A stretch of DNA of 64,000 nucleotides from Iphione sp. A-MEVVRFRX5 (Eukaryota): positions 66,092,001 to 66,156,000 of the forward strand of contig OZ320316.1 in the NCBI GenBank assembly GCA_976226885.1, given 5' to 3'. Shown here piece after piece: positions 1 through 14,462 of this stretch. Below the pieces are notes generated by a model, which was given only the letters and a program-made list of their open reading frames with translations, ran no database searches and had not been told where the DNA came from. Position numbers and translations under genes: made by a program. Position 1 is the first letter of the stretch. Each line of letters starts with the position of its first letter.

Positions 1-1095
1 CAGAAACAGTCTGTTATTGTTCCGCGTTTCTTTTGGTGCAAGAAAAAAACAATGCCCATGTCCAACCTTCTGCCCATTCAGTTGCCCTCCAAACATTTTT
101 AGTCTATTCCTTTTTGAACTAAAAAGTACTGTATGGATTTATTTTTTGTTATACTATGTTGTCCATTTGTGTATAGTTTAGAGTAAATTTAAGAAGAGTC
201 ACCCTTGTCCACTCTGTGTTACTAGCTCTACTTAATGCGCAGGGGACTGGTAAGCTACAGGTCAGGGCTTTGTACACAAACGCTCCTGCCTACTATACTG
301 CTCAAGACTGCAGCGGTCATCAGAACGGTTCTTAGATATCTTATGAAGCGTGTTTTCAGATTCTGCTTCATCAGTTCCTTCCACCTCTCCTCCTCCACCT
401 TCTTCCTCTCACTACCCGCCTTCCCGTCTCTCTTGCCTTACCCACTTCCACCTCCGTCTCTCCCCTCGCTGCCTGCCATTGTCTCCTGATGCCCTCTCCC
501 TGTCTCCCCTTTAAAGGGTTTCCTCACGGCAAGTGAACTAGTTTGAACGATCGACTTAAAACTAGACAGTATTTCTGACACCTCAAATGTGACCTTTTAC
601 AGAATTACAACTAAAGAGGGTTTGGGTTGGATGTCAGTGCCGGCCTCGAGCTGCTCGCGTGACTTTGGGGCAACATTTACTCGCCATCCAACCTCCGCAG
701 CGGCAAGTAGACGTCTGCTCTGATCATCGTTAAGTGAGCACCCCCACCCCTCCTTCCATTCCCAAAGCACAGTAGACTTCTCGTGAATAATTTCCTCGCT
801 TGCACAGGGCACTATGCATGTCTGGATTCGTTTGATGTGTCTAAGGTGTTAGGTGGACGTGTCAACGACTCCGTTTGTTCCTGGTGTTGGAAACAAGCCC
901 CCGACGCTAATTACACGTAATGAGCGGAATCGATAACAGCTGCGACACCAAAATAATACTGAATATTGCTTCCCATTGTGTGCATTTAACTCTGTTCACT
1001 CTGTCCTGTGCTCCATGTAATGATGATCGTTGTAAGCATGTCCAATTATTTCTTCAGTCTCAGGTGTAATAAAATGCGTTGGTCGATTTTTTATA

Positions 1096-1329
1096 CAGAG
1101 TGGTCCACAACTCGTAAAAAGGCCGTGGGTGTATAGGATTCTGTCCCCTCTGCACAAAAAGACCCCAGAAACCTATTCGAAATAAGAGTAGGGGACAACC
1201 CCGGGTATTCTGGTCTCTCAATTCTCAACAATAGATGGTAGTATGCTACCCCAGGAGGATATGGAAGATCCCTGTCATATGATAGGTGAATATATTCCTG
1301 GTAAAAGATACAATGAAATGAAATGAAAT
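1096..1329 (+). mobile_element. Second, 5'-truncated copy of the same SINE
   Basis: Near-identical to the reverse complement of ~59232-59396 apart from a 61-bp extra segment (1216-1276); ends in caatgaaatgaaatgaaat. Confidence 0.85.
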
Positions 1330-2427
1330 ATGATCTGCTATCTATCGTATTAGAGTCTAGCACAATCTTTGTCATACAGGGCATTTTTCGGTCCATTACT
1401 GTCCTTTTCTCATGTGTTGGCCACGTCATCTCAGATTATTTTCGCCTAGAATATTAATGGAACTCTCAGACAGGCAGTACTATGTACATGTATTTGCACT
1501 GTATAGATTAAATGTTACCACAAGATAACCTCAGGTGACCATATGATGGCAATGTTTATCTAGATCGTTAAGGAGTCTAACGAATCATAGTTACGAAACA
1601 GTGATTTAGTACAATGTTCACGAAAATGTACCAAGCACGACTCAAACACATGTATTTATTTGAAAATAAGATTTTAAGATAATATATTCTTTTCTTCTCA
1701 TGACATTTACTTCTGGAATAAACTTTTATGGGGTTGACAGTTGGGGGTAATTATACATATCCTGTGTGCATTTTCGCCTCTTTGTGCGGCTCAGATCTCC
1801 TCGGAACAGCTGTGAGCCACTCATGTTCGCCATGGGGAACGGTTAGCTTTCAGGAGCCGGCCGCTGCTTTTTAGCGCCACCAAGTAAGCGGGCGCCCCGA
1901 CACATCCGGCTGGCGTGACAGGCCAACATCGGGCACCCAGCGGCCGTCACATCGGTAATCAGCGACACACACAAACTGGCTTCCGCCGTGCCCACCAGAG
2001 GCCGCCACACCATGACATATGGCTTGGTCCAGCAGAAATAAGTTGCCTCCTGCCAACCCGACAGATTTCTCATTTCTGAGCATATTGAGATTGATGCCGC
2101 GGTGCCGTTTGAGAACGTGTAAAAGGTCTGTTCAGAACAGCGAAACAAAACAGTCTGTCTGCTTCGCTCCTCCGTATCGCTTTCAATTTACCCTTCGTTG
2201 ATTTGGAAGAGCAGGCAGCGGGCTGTCTGAGCAGTAGGCAGTGCGACGTCAGGGATTATAAGATGGTGTTTTATACAGCCTGAATAGCTCTGTATTGTAT
2301 TGCGCATTTCGTATCACTGCCAAAAGCCATGCTGGTAATACTCAGCCGAAGATTTTCGACAGCACCCCCTTCTTCTTTGTTTGTCTGTTTGTCTGTATAT
2401 CTCTGTGTCTGTGTCTGTCTGTCTTTC

Positions 2428-2428
<1 letters not shown>

Positions 2429-2486
<58 letters not shown>
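2429..2486. repeat. Compound (TG)n(TC)n microsatellite
   Basis: Directly visible. Confidence 0.98.
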
Positions 2487-2489
<3 letters not shown>

Positions 2490-5400
2490 CATCTTGCCCC
2501 ACGCCCCTCGCACCACATGCATTTGAAACATCTCATTCTTACGAATTTGTTGTTTCTCTGCCTACCTCCCACCGTCTTCTTTCTTGCTTCCGTCCCCTCC
2601 CCTTCCGTCTCTCCCATCGCCTTCTCCTCGGTTGCCTCGTCACTTCCCTCTTCTGTTTTCTTGGTAAAGAGATAAAATCGAAATCACTAAGTGGATGTCC
2701 CGTACGAATCACTTCTGCCTCACATACAAAAAAGTGTAGCACGGAAGATCGCCGTATGTAATCTTTTATGTCCTATTAATACAACTAACTGCCGTAGCTC
2801 TCTGGGCTAAGGTCCTATCAGGTTATCAGGAGTGTCGATGATAATCCCGAGGACATCCACCGTGGGACAATATTGCCTTCCAGGCTGATTACCCTTTTCC
2901 CAAAGGCCTTACATTAGATGAGGTGAGATTACATGCTTTCCAGACTTATTACATGCTTGGACCGGTGTGACCTTTGCGGGGGTAGCTTGAGTGCAGACGG
3001 ACCGTCCAATGATCACTGGTCATTGTGGTGCCACGCAGACGCAGTGGAAATGAGGTCAGGGTGCCTTATGTCCCACAAAGGTCAAAGGATATTCGCAGTA
3101 GGGTGCAGCCCGTAAAATAGGCCAGTTTCCAAATGTTTACAGTCAAACAGCGGTCTTCTCTCTTAACTTGTACCATATCCATCCAGAAGTTGAAGGATAG
3201 ATTCTGTTATAGCCTTCTGCATCAAAGCATAATTCGTGACATTCATACATCTCGCTCTAGAGTAATACTCCCCAGATTTAGCCATTCACATTGGCTTGGG
3301 TTAACCTTTTGTACATATTACCTGTACATTTTGCGGTTCTTCCTAGTATTTAAGAAATGATACATGTAGCGCACCGTACAGGTTACACGGTGGTCACCTC
3401 CCGCATATACAGATACATGTATACATGTACATCTCTAAGGGGCCTTTTATATGTAAGCATTCTTCATGGTAGCGGATGGTTTGACGCGAGTGTTTTTACA
3501 CGGACATTGAATTTGACTAGCAGCTTCCCATCTATGAACTTTTCCCACAGAGGCTTCGTAAACTGCGGTATACCCTGTACACGTACATACAGTCTGGAAC
3601 CTGGCATTTTTCTTATCATATGTAAGGATTTTTTACTCAATTCGGATCTCCGTCATATGTGAGGCCATAGTCCCCAAAAATATTTCCCGATTGCGAGGTA
3701 CTTAGTGGCATCAAGTTAATATGGTCATCGTGGCAGTGTGTGTGATCCACTGCTACAAGAACCTTGTCATGGACTGAACTGTCTCTCAGACACCAGATTG
3801 TCAAGGATGATACCAAATTACGTTCAATCAATTACTGCTATGTGGAAATCGCGTGTACATTTGGTTGAAGTACGGGTCCTTGACGCTTTGGTATGTGTGT
3901 GAACTAAAACCGCATAGCAGTAGATCATGGCAAACGGCCTTCGAACGATCCTGTTTCCTCATATAAATAGATTACATGTATATAAATTAGGCCTAGGCTG
4001 CAAGAACGGACTGCGAAATACCATCCATAAAGATATATCTATAGGTTAGATGTATACTTTCTGTAAAGTATCTACCAGTGAAGGTTTTATGGAAGATACG
4101 AGGGAAACTTCGAAGCGAGGCGGGGGGAGCGGGACTTGCAGATTAGAGAAAGCATCCGTCATAGGTGCACCCGAATTGACGGCAATAATCCTTGCCAGGA
4201 GCAACCCCCTCTCCAATGCCTCCTGCGCTGGTCTCAGACCTGCCTTCCACTCTGCGTGTCGACAGATGTAGACATGATCCTTTAGAGGATCCTAAATCTG
4301 CTCTGTCGTTTCTCCCAGCAGGCTGCCCACCACTACCACCCTCCGCGCTGCCCGCACCTTTCTATTCGTGCAGTCTTCAGAACCTGGAGGAGGTTAACCG
4401 ATCAAAGGTAAGATGTCGAAACCCGACATAACATGGCCTGTAGGCCTGGTAGGAGATCAATGCCTCGCGGCTCTCCTCCTTATCACCCACCGACCTTTGC
4501 AGTGTGCTCCAGCCGGGTGAAGATGACGAAGGGTTGCGGCAGGATGGGAGACTGGAATTATGCACGAGTGCCGTACATTGCCGCAAGATTTACGGTGGTT
4601 GCATGCACATGCCTCTGAACATACCACATTTCTAGCTCCTGAGAATTCTCTTATGCGGCTCCTGTGGGTGTTGCCTTTCGTAGCACCTATTGTGATCCGA
4701 GACTTTACCTCAGTCCACTTGCTATAATACATCATTAATGAAACCCTTCGCATTGGCTACCAGAATAAGTACACCGGACGTTGAATGTATGTAAAGGTGT
4801 TTTTTTTTAACAGATCAAGGACCTCCCTTGGTTATTTGCATATGTCTCAATACAGGCCCTAGCAAACTGCTAACCTCAGAAAAAAAAGACCACGCAGGTA
4901 AAACACTGCTTCTAGCCACGAAACGGGGAGTTGGCTTACCATCCAACCATCTACCCACAGACCCCCTACCTCCGGCGCACGTATTTATAATCCCAAAATA
5001 GATGAAGGCGCGTGACCGAATCTCTTTCTTGGCACTAACGTTGCTCTCGTGAATGTTGTCTACGGGAAGGCCAGTGGGGTTAAGTAGAAGATGGGCACTT
5101 GGGCCGTGATACAGTGTCTCGTCGTCCCGCAGGGGATCATAGAGAAGAGGACCTCATTGGGGCGCATCTCTCTCCGCTTTCACTGCTACCCAGTGATTGT
5201 CAAAAGAGCTGCATGTCTTTGAAAAGGCTGTCCTTAACAATTGCTTCAACTCAAGTAATATTGATATTTTCAATCACTCATGTTGCATCTTCCTCTACAA
5301 ATTATCCAAGTATTTGAGATTTATAAATTACTGATAAAAATGAAAGAAACGCAGCTGGCAAACGTTTTGGTTTTAGCCAGTATTTTTATTGGAAGCCATG

Positions 5401-6883
5401 TACATCCTTTCCGAAACTTTATTCCGATGTGATAGTCATCTGAGGTCGAAAGGACGTCTAGTTTAAAGATTGATATTCTTTATAAATTCTGAGTGACTGT
5501 ACGTCTATCCCGACATTGTCAAGGTCCTTTGCCTATGGATCAGTAGTATTTACAGATTTTGTGACTTGTTTATAAATATACGGAGAGAATCTCTGAATTA
5601 GGAATTGCCAACTGTTCAGGAGTAGTTGATCTGCTGCCCCATAAATCCAGGCTACACCGAGGCAGTACTCCTCCAGTCCACGTTTGAACTGACTTTAGAT
5701 ATAGCTGAAGGAGCTGCTGTCCCTGAATCTCACATTTGTTATTTCCAGGTCTTTGACACAAGCAGCTTATCGAACAAGAAGACTGTGTTGCTGGCATTTT
5801 CCCGCGGTGCTCTATTTTGTAGTATTTGCAATGAAATGGGCGGTGTTCGATGCTGGCTGTGCCTTTCTATCGAATTTCTCGTTGTGTCCTGACGGCACGC
5901 TCAACATGGGAAGTGTGCTGATAGCTTAAGGAATCAAAAGGGTTATTGCTTTTCATAAAGAGCTTATGGAAACGCTCGGGAGGTACGTCATGTTACCCTA
6001 ATGGGTGGCTCCAGTAGTTTACCGTTTCGCAGTTGGGCTGCTTCATATTCATGGGCACACTCAACTGCATGCGACAAGGGAGCACTGGTGATGCGAGGCT
6101 TGTGGCTGGCTTTATAGATGCCCTGTTTGCCTGCCTGCTACCACGTTCGTATCCTCCAAACGTGCCGCTTAAATATTTACTTGTCGGCAAGGGAAAGTGT
6201 TGGTAGATAAATTGCCCCGACCAGGTCGACCGCTGCGCCTGTTGTATCGCAGGTGGGGCCCTCGGTCTCCGAGGGCTTAGGCGGCGGCTGCGCGCCAATA
6301 GTGACCGCCGACCCGGGGGCAATCATGTCTCTGTCATTATCGGCTGTGTGAAAGCTTGCTTCCAGACAAACCAATCAGCCTTTGCGAAGCGAGGCCCTTG
6401 ACAGCCCGTGGGTCAGCCTGCCGTCTGTGGCCCGCCCAAGAAGGACGCAAGTGCCGTCTGTGGCCTTTATGTGACTCTCTGTTTCTCCATATGTGTCTAT
6501 ATATACATGTATGTTGGTATTCTACAGACAGCCCTCTTTTCTATATTCTAAATATTTCCTCCGATATCCTATCTGCATGGAGTCTTTCGCTCAGTCCTGC
6601 TCCATTCACTCTCGATGTTGATGTTAGTCACTATCTTTTACAAAAGAATAGACCCGTATGTCCATATTTGTGTCAAACACTCACACAGGACCCCGGATAA
6701 AAGCCACTCTCTCTAAATGCACTCAGTGACTGTGATTAGGCTGAGACTTGAAGAGGATTCCAGGACTAACGGTTGCAATATTAATGTTTGTTGCTAATAT
6801 ATGGTTTGATGAAAATGGAAAAATCAGCATTTACACAGAAGGTTACCCACAACGTGTACAAAGTCTTTTTCATTTCTTTCCAG

Positions 6884-6945
6884 ATCGTCAACACATCCCA
6901 GCCAAGCGCAAAGGCATTATACAACTACGAGGCGAAAGAACACGG
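6884..6945 (+). CDS. SH3RF1: SH3RF exon: start of SH3-1 (IVNTSQPSAKALYNYEAKEH-G)
   Basis: ttctttccag acceptor and gtgagt donor; ALYNYE motif; phase 2 end matches the exon at 20591. Confidence 0.88.
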
Positions 6946-8159
6946 GTGAGTACCTTGTGCGTTATCCCGGAAATTGCTTTAGCTGTCAACAGCAGGAGAA
7001 AACCCTAGCATTTAGCACTACCCTTTAAGGTTGACGTGATGAGCCTCCTTTTAACGGATTCACAAAGACTTATAGAGCATCCAGAAGCAGGGAATTCCAA
7101 TTGAATAAGCCCATCGAGATAATTCTGCTCTTTATAGTCATTTATTTGCACCCGTAAGCTTGCATGTTAATGACTTTGGTGGCTGCGCATTTAACCCATC
7201 CTATTAGTTGCAACTCTTAATAGTAGGCAATCAAATAGTAAAAAGCAACTCCTGCCTAGGAGATCTCAGCGGCCCAAGCTCGGCCGGCCCGGCTCGAGAT
7301 GGGAGGATTTGTAACGAGATCTTCCCTTTTAAAACCGCCAACACTGGTAAGCCATCGAGAAACGGAGTAAAAAGTGCGTCCTTCTCAACGCCCTCTTCAT
7401 CAACTTCCATAGACTCGCCCTTTAAACGGAGCTGGGAAGCGGCTCCTCGTATGGCAGCACATGCCAGTGATTCACAGTCAGTCAGAGGCTTTAGCTTGAT
7501 CGTCCTTTTGAATAAGCCCTCGTCTGGGGTTTTACCATTTATAAATAATCGATACGTTTGAAAACCACCCCGTACTGCAGGTTGTAAAATTGACCAGTAT
7601 GGTGTATTGCCATTTAATAGTATTTTTCAAAACTTTTCAGAAATGTCGACGACAAAATGTTTTTATGTCCGAATTTAGATGAAAGAAGGAGTCGTATATT
7701 TCAAAATAAATTGGGCACCTAGCCTCATGAATTGCAGTGAACGACTGAAACCGAAACTGTGTCCTTTATAGTTAGCAGAATGGTCTCCAGTGTATTGTGG
7801 CTACGGCTTTTATTAGGATGCCAGTCTTCGCGATTATCCATGGAGCCGCACTCTTCACTGGTTTTCTTCGAGATTCCGCCTTTATCAGCTACCGTACTGG
7901 AAAGTTCGCTGTATACATGTACATGTATACATAATACACTTTTTTCCATAGAGGGGAGCCAAAATTGACAATCGCATATTTTACATTGACCAGTACATAC
8001 ACATGTATGCACATACAATATATATATATATGCACCCGCATGCGTACTTTAGATGTGTGCAACATGTACATGTACATGGATATGATCCTTAATTTAGTAT
8101 TGGTGTATCGTTACATTCTCATAAACTCAAGTAATGTTTGAGTAGAATGTGAACAACTT

Positions 8160-8960
8160 TTCTCGCTTGCATTCTCTCTGCCATGTCTTTGGCCTCGATC
8201 ACTCCTCTCTGCCTCCTTTTGACCTCTCCCACCATTGTCTCCGTCCTAATTCTGTCTCCCCCTAATTCTCTCCATCTCTGTACCTCGCTCCTTTTCCTCT
8301 TCCGCTTTCCCTCTACTTCTGTACGGCTCTTGCCCACCTTTGCCCTGATGACCCTCATCTCACATCTGTCCCAGTGTTATGTCTTTCTTTCACTCTCCAT
8401 AATCTTTTCCCCTACCTCTCTTTCTGTCACTTCCTCCATATCATTCAGTCTCCATTATTGCTCCTCTCTTTCTGCCTTCATATCTACATATGTTTCCCTC
8501 ATTCCTTTTCTGTCCCTTCCTCTATTTCCTTCTGTTTCCCTATTTGTCACCATACCTTTTATTCTCGTCATATCGATATCTATCCCTCGTCACTTTCCCT
8601 CTTCCCTGTTCCTTCTAATGATTACATGTATTCTGTCTTGCCTCTGTTTCCCTCGTCTTCCTCCATGTTCCTTTTTTCTCATTTAATTTTTATCTGAGTC
8701 CGTCTCTTTCTCTCCTGCACCATCTCTTCCACTCCCACCATTTTCTCTTATGCCCACTGTATCATTCACTCTATCAGTGCCTTTCCTCATTCTTAGCGGT
8801 TTGTGCTCACCTCTATTCTTTTGTTTCCTCCCTTACCCTTCTTCCTTATTTTTTTCCATTCCTTTCAATGCCTTTGTGTTCTGTTCGCCTTTCTTTTTTC
8901 TCTTTCTTCATCCCCCCCCCCTTGTTCCCTACTGCCCCCTCTGTTTCTCTGAAAAAGATC
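8160..8960. repeat. ~800-bp pyrimidine-rich low-complexity tract
   Basis: Strong C/T bias on the + strand; it explains the spurious L/S/F/P-rich ORFs at 8183-9022. Confidence 0.9.
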
Positions 8961-9983
8961 TAGCATTATCATCATGGGGGGGGCAGAGGTGGAACTCTCA
9001 GCCACGCTTGCCCATCTTGTAACTCTCTTACCAGATTATGTTTGGTTACCCGTGAGATCATGGGAACTTATTAAGTGAAAACACATGTTGAGAAATCAGA
9101 CTCGTTAATTTGTTGTGAAACAACTATCTTATTAAAAGCAGTATTACCAATGGTAATTTCAGCCCGGAAATAAATAGTTATCTTGTCATATCACTGCTGT
9201 TAACAGATCACGTTACGGTGAAAAATTAGAAAAGAGCTTTTTGTGAAAAAGCAAAAATCAGTTGCATCTAAGATAACTCGAAACTCCCATACCGAGACGG
9301 TGCCCTTCCCCCGCCCATATTATGTGTGTTCGTAACGTCATAACGCGAAAAACGTCCTTAATGTCGACAGTCATTACGTATAGAAACTAGTAGTAATTTG
9401 GCTGGCGTTCTGTTTGCTTCCACGTTTTCATGTCAGATGTCGATATACCTTTCTGATAAGCTTGCTTAAGCTCTGTAATAAATTCCCCCAAGGAATCCAA
9501 CGCTATTTGTTACACTTCATCACAATAATTAATCTTTTACGCCACCCAGCTGAGGGATACCAAGGGATTGCAGATACTTAAGTAAGGGGCTCATTACGTA
9601 GCATGCTGTTTTTTTTCAACAGCATGGTCTGCTGGAAGCTGCTGGTTATCGATAACCGAGGGCATCCAGAATGTTAAGATCAAGATGGCAAGGCGCAGTG
9701 GAGGCGGGGGGCGGTATAATCACCAGAACTTTGAGTTCTTACTGTGATATATCAGATCGGAGGAACTAAACTTGACCCAGATTTATTGAAACAAAAAGGC
9801 GGCTTTTCGGTGTACATGTACATGTATTCCCTGTCTCGGATGCATAAGCACAACATCCAGGACAAACCAGGCATAAGGCCAAAATTTTTTTAAAAAGGGG
9901 TGTTGCTGGTTACCCACCCCTACCTAGTAAAACCTCACCCTACCTACAAAATTTTTGCCTCAGAGTTCTGAAAGTTGAAATTC

Positions 9984-10450
9984 CTTAGATGAATGTTTTT
10001 GCATTACGTTTTTGGTAAATTCCGTAGGACAACAACAATATCTATACAAATTCAGCAAAAAAACTCCAAAACCCATATAAAAATGGAAGATAACCGTGAA
10101 TTTCATCTAAATTGGACCAGAAAAAAGCAAAATTCAGGCCAATTTGTCTGAAAAGGGACAGAACTGCTGAACAGATGTGAGGAAATGTGAGAAAATATCT
10201 TGTTTTTTTTTTATATGAAAACATAGCTAACAAGGCTATTTCAATTCCACTTTTCCTGTACTGCTGTGCAAAAAAATGCATACATGGCCATGAAAAATGA
10301 GAACCTTTCCAATCCTAAAACATGGTGGCACATACATGAAAACATGCTACATATACTGTACACTCTACACAGTACATAGGGAAACAGTCCTGGTATGATC
10401 CATAGTTCCCCAAATACACACTGTCATGGCCCTGAAAACACACACCTAAG
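9984..10450. mobile_element. Diverged second copy of the 14.5-kb MITE family
   Basis: Shared blocks gtgaggaaat, tgaaa(a)catagct, gctattt, cagtcctggtatga and tgaaaaca...cctaag; similar length. Confidence 0.6.
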
Positions 10451-11104
10451 GAAATTTAGAATTTAGGTAAGAAACTGAGGAGGAAGGAAATATGTAAGAC
10501 CAATATAAAATAGACTTTAAATCTTAAAATTTAGTAAAGCTATGTGAATTACTTGCATAGAGTACAAGTGATTTTTTTTAAAACCTATTTTAGAGAGATG
10601 ACCTGTCAGGGCCCATGTGATGGCTGTTCCATAGGCTATTGTATTTCTTGCCCCCTGCCTCATAGAGGTAGGGGACCTTAGGAATGCTGCTGGCTGGTGT
10701 CCTCACCTTCCATCAGTCTTTTGTGGGTCTTTTAACTCTCAAATCCTGATTTTAATATATGATATTTGTATACATGGTCCTATGGCACTGGGTAATTTTG
10801 GTAACAATTCAAGTATTTTAAAGGTGGAATTATGCCAATTTTACTCATTTGCTAATACAACTACAAACATACATACCTGGTTTAGAGATTCCTAGTTCTG
10901 ACAACACACACACACACACTCGCCAATAGCTCCCTTCTACCAGTAACAGCTTGTAGCAGTCTGGTGCTAAGTCAGGTAGAATCAAGGGTGGTGTGCTCAG
11001 TCAGGCAGAGCCAAGGGTTGTAAAGATGAAGGACTTAAGCCCAGCCCACCACCCCAAAACAAGGTATCATCAAGGTGGTTGTAAAGAGAGTGAGACACCA
11101 CACA

Positions 11105-11244
11105 NNNNNNNNNNNNNNNNNNNNNNNNNNNNNNNNNNNNNNNNNNNNNNNNNNNNNNNNNNNNNNNNNNNNNNNNNNNNNNNNNNNNNNNNNNNNNNNN
11201 NNNNNNNNNNNNNNNNNNNNNNNNNNNNNNNNNNNNNNNNNNNN
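11105..11244. other. Assembly gap (N)
   Basis: N run. Confidence 1.
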
Positions 11245-12368
11245 CTGGGCAGTTGATAGTGGGGGACAATAGACCTCACAGGTCCACACTCTTGTTACTG
11301 TTATACTGGCTCAGAATCAGAAAGGAGCAAATCTCTTTTGGAGAAATGTTTGTCTGTGTACCCTTTGTACAAGGCATGTAGTGATGAAACCGACCCATGC
11401 AAGGCCTTCTTTATATTCTCTTTATTATTAAGAACCAGAGGAAGAAAGTTAGAAAAAAAAATCCCCCCTCCCTACCTAGGTTTTTGGCTGGTCATAACCA
11501 GAAACATATTTTTTAGGGTGGGGTGGCTGAGGAATTTACTAGCTCCTAACCATGGGTCCGGGCATAATGTACACAGATGTTTATCCGGTTTTGAACCGAT
11601 TTTCATGGGTTTAACTGGATACAGTTTCACTTCCAGACATAAATATGTGATTTTGGTGTTCTCACTATGGGTACACGGAAAAAATCCAGTAACCGTCATG
11701 CGAATCTCCCAGAAAAATTCGGTGTTCAGTTACCAGCAGTTTCCAGGACCCTGAAACGAAAGACGTTTTAATGCCTGCCACTCTTGAGTTTGGTTTTTCC
11801 TCGCGCTTTCATTTTACCGTGTCATGGAACGTCGTATTTCTTACAGCTTACTAGACTTTCTAAAAATGGTGGTTCATTAGTTCTTATGCTTAAAAAAAGA
11901 CCCACAAACTGTTTCAGTCCGTGCGTGCTGCTATGCACGGAGTTGACAGGGTGGATTCGCAGCGGGTATTTATCAGATGGGGGTCGTCACTAGCAGGGTG
12001 TTTCGTCTCGTTGAGATTTTGTATATAAGAGCCAGGGCCGTACACGGCACAGTGACGCCTGTAAGACTTGTTGATATATGCAGTACACGAACATGCATCT
12101 TAACGAAATTGTTACATCATTGCCACCGGAAAATAATTGCTCCCTTGCTGGTTGTGCTGCATATGCATGCCTGCTCATTAACTGGCTTCGAAATAAGGTG
12201 TGCAAAAGTGACTTGGAGAGCGGTGTCCATACTTATGTGGTTCATACAGGAATGATATTTGCGTTGTGTTTCATCCATTCATTTTTTTCCTGCAGGATCA
12301 TGCATGTGAGTGTTCCATAGTTACATATATATGTGCGTGCTACATTGTCTCTGGAAAGAGAGTATAGA

Positions 12369-12511
12369 NNNNNNNNNNNNNNNNNNNNNNNNNNNNNNNN
12401 NNNNNNNNNNNNNNNNNNNNNNNNNNNNNNNNNNNNNNNNNNNNNNNNNNNNNNNNNNNNNNNNNNNNNNNNNNNNNNNNNNNNNNNNNNNNNNNNNNNN
12501 NNNNNNNNNNN
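12369..12511. other. Assembly gap (N)
   Basis: N run. Confidence 1.
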
Positions 12512-14462
12512 CATCTTTAGTGTAACCTCCGGTAGAATGTCATGTTTTTTCATGATTCAGATACATCTTTTGCATAATTTCCAGTATAACTCCCATATTT
12601 TCATGAATTAAGCACATCTTAAATAGCATATCCTCCAGCCCAACATCGACAGACAGACATAATGAACAGCAATGCCTGATTCTAACCTTAACTTCCTATG
12701 CCACAGGTGCCTTAAGATGCAGGACTGCATGAAATTAATGACCACTTCTCGAAAACAAGCAGTGCACTCATACATCTCACACACACACACACACACAGAG
12801 GAATGCGAAGCACACGTTGAAACTGCTGTGGTTATTCTAATATGTTCACTCTAAATCGCACTGGATACCCAATTTATAAACATAAATATGGAGGCCAGCC
12901 CTAACATGGATCGATATAAAGAGATTTCGAACGATGCGATCCTGAAGCATCCCTGTCTGTGTGTCTGTTTGTCGCTCGCTCGCTCCGCTACTGATCTATC
13001 CATTAGTTTTTTGTCTATCAGTTTAGAAGTACACTGAATCATCGACGCCATTGATCGTGTGCCTGGAAGCATTGATTGCACATCAAACGAAGTGTGATTT
13101 AATAACGAGCGACCAGAGCTTTCATAATGCTGCCACCCAGAAGGACGGCGACTTCTTTTCTCTTTACGTGGAGAAACATGACCCGGCCGTCTTCATTGGC
13201 GGGCGAGCTGTCAGTAGTTTGCGCATGGCTCCACGAGCCATGCCAGCCCAACTCAGCTGAGTTGTTCGAGGAGCTACTCGGGTAGGGCCGATTAACAGCA
13301 AGGCCGGGTATTGTCTCCGCTCAATACCTCATTCAGGCAAGCAACTGGTGCAGTAAGCTATGCGCACCTCCGCCCCAACGCTTTCGACGACGCCACAATA
13401 GCTGCCGTCTGCCACCGCTCTAGTCACTAGGTGCGAGATACTCATTGGAGCGAATTGTTCCACAAGATTGCCGCAGTCGAGCTTGTCGTCCATGACTGCT
13501 TAAATGCACTGACATAGAGCTTGCTGTCAACTGCTGAGGACATTGCATGGGACACAATGTCTCGACGGGCTTTCGCTCCAACTGTAGGGCCCTCCCGTAC
13601 CGGCGCATGCACGACTACTGGGTTTCACATAGATCCAGCAAATGTTGCCCAAGAGACCCTTTTTGCAACAACTATTGCGAGTAATATTGCACTTTTCTCA
13701 TTGACTCACAATGTCTCCAATAATGGTAGCTTTATGCTGGCTGCATGGACATGGATTAACGGGTACATGTATTTCATTTGACTCATCGCTGTACTGTCAC
13801 ATAGCCACACCCACCCATCACATCGTGACAGTCATACTTTCACTATGGTTAAGTACAGTGTTCAAAATTTAAAAAAAAGGTTTCTAGTCATAGTATTTGT
13901 GTACTTCACTGTCATGTACTTTGAAAATAAATATAGATGCCTGAGCATCTTCTCAATGAATATAATATCTATGTATTAACATAACTACTTGATGACATTT
14001 GACAGTCATGATTATAATATGGTCACACCCAAGTGACAGTGTTGCTTGAATGTCGTCTGCACGGATTGGTTACAAGAGTCACATGACCAAATAACATGAT
14101 GTCATTGGCAATGGAACACTTTGATTGACAGATATCATGACCGTAAAACATGTTGTCCTGTCACACAGTGATGTGTCAATTAGTTCTCCAGCTTGTACAA
14201 ACAAATGGACTGTTCATATACCATATATCAAATCATAGCTGCTGCTTCTTTGATTCAGATTAGTTGTAATATATCCCAGTTCACTATCAGCACCATATCA
14301 ATATATTTTACTCTCTTTGTACATTGTTAATAAGCAAATGTAAAATCCTCGATTATTGCTCCGTACCTGTGAAGAGGTTGTACATTTGCCTCAGACACCT
14401 GCTTATATGACCATCCAATCATCCAACCAGTCTTTATGTATTGGTCTCTTAGGCTGAATTTC

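Noticed and set aside
2271-2761. Cluster of overlapping ORFs
   Set aside because: Artefacts of the (TG)n(TC)n microsatellite and CT-rich flanks.
1-6883. SH3RF RING-finger exon
   Set aside because: I inspected the ORF track and candidate frames for a C3HC4 pattern (ECxVC...PCQHTFC...CPECR) and found none. It is presumably upstream of the window.
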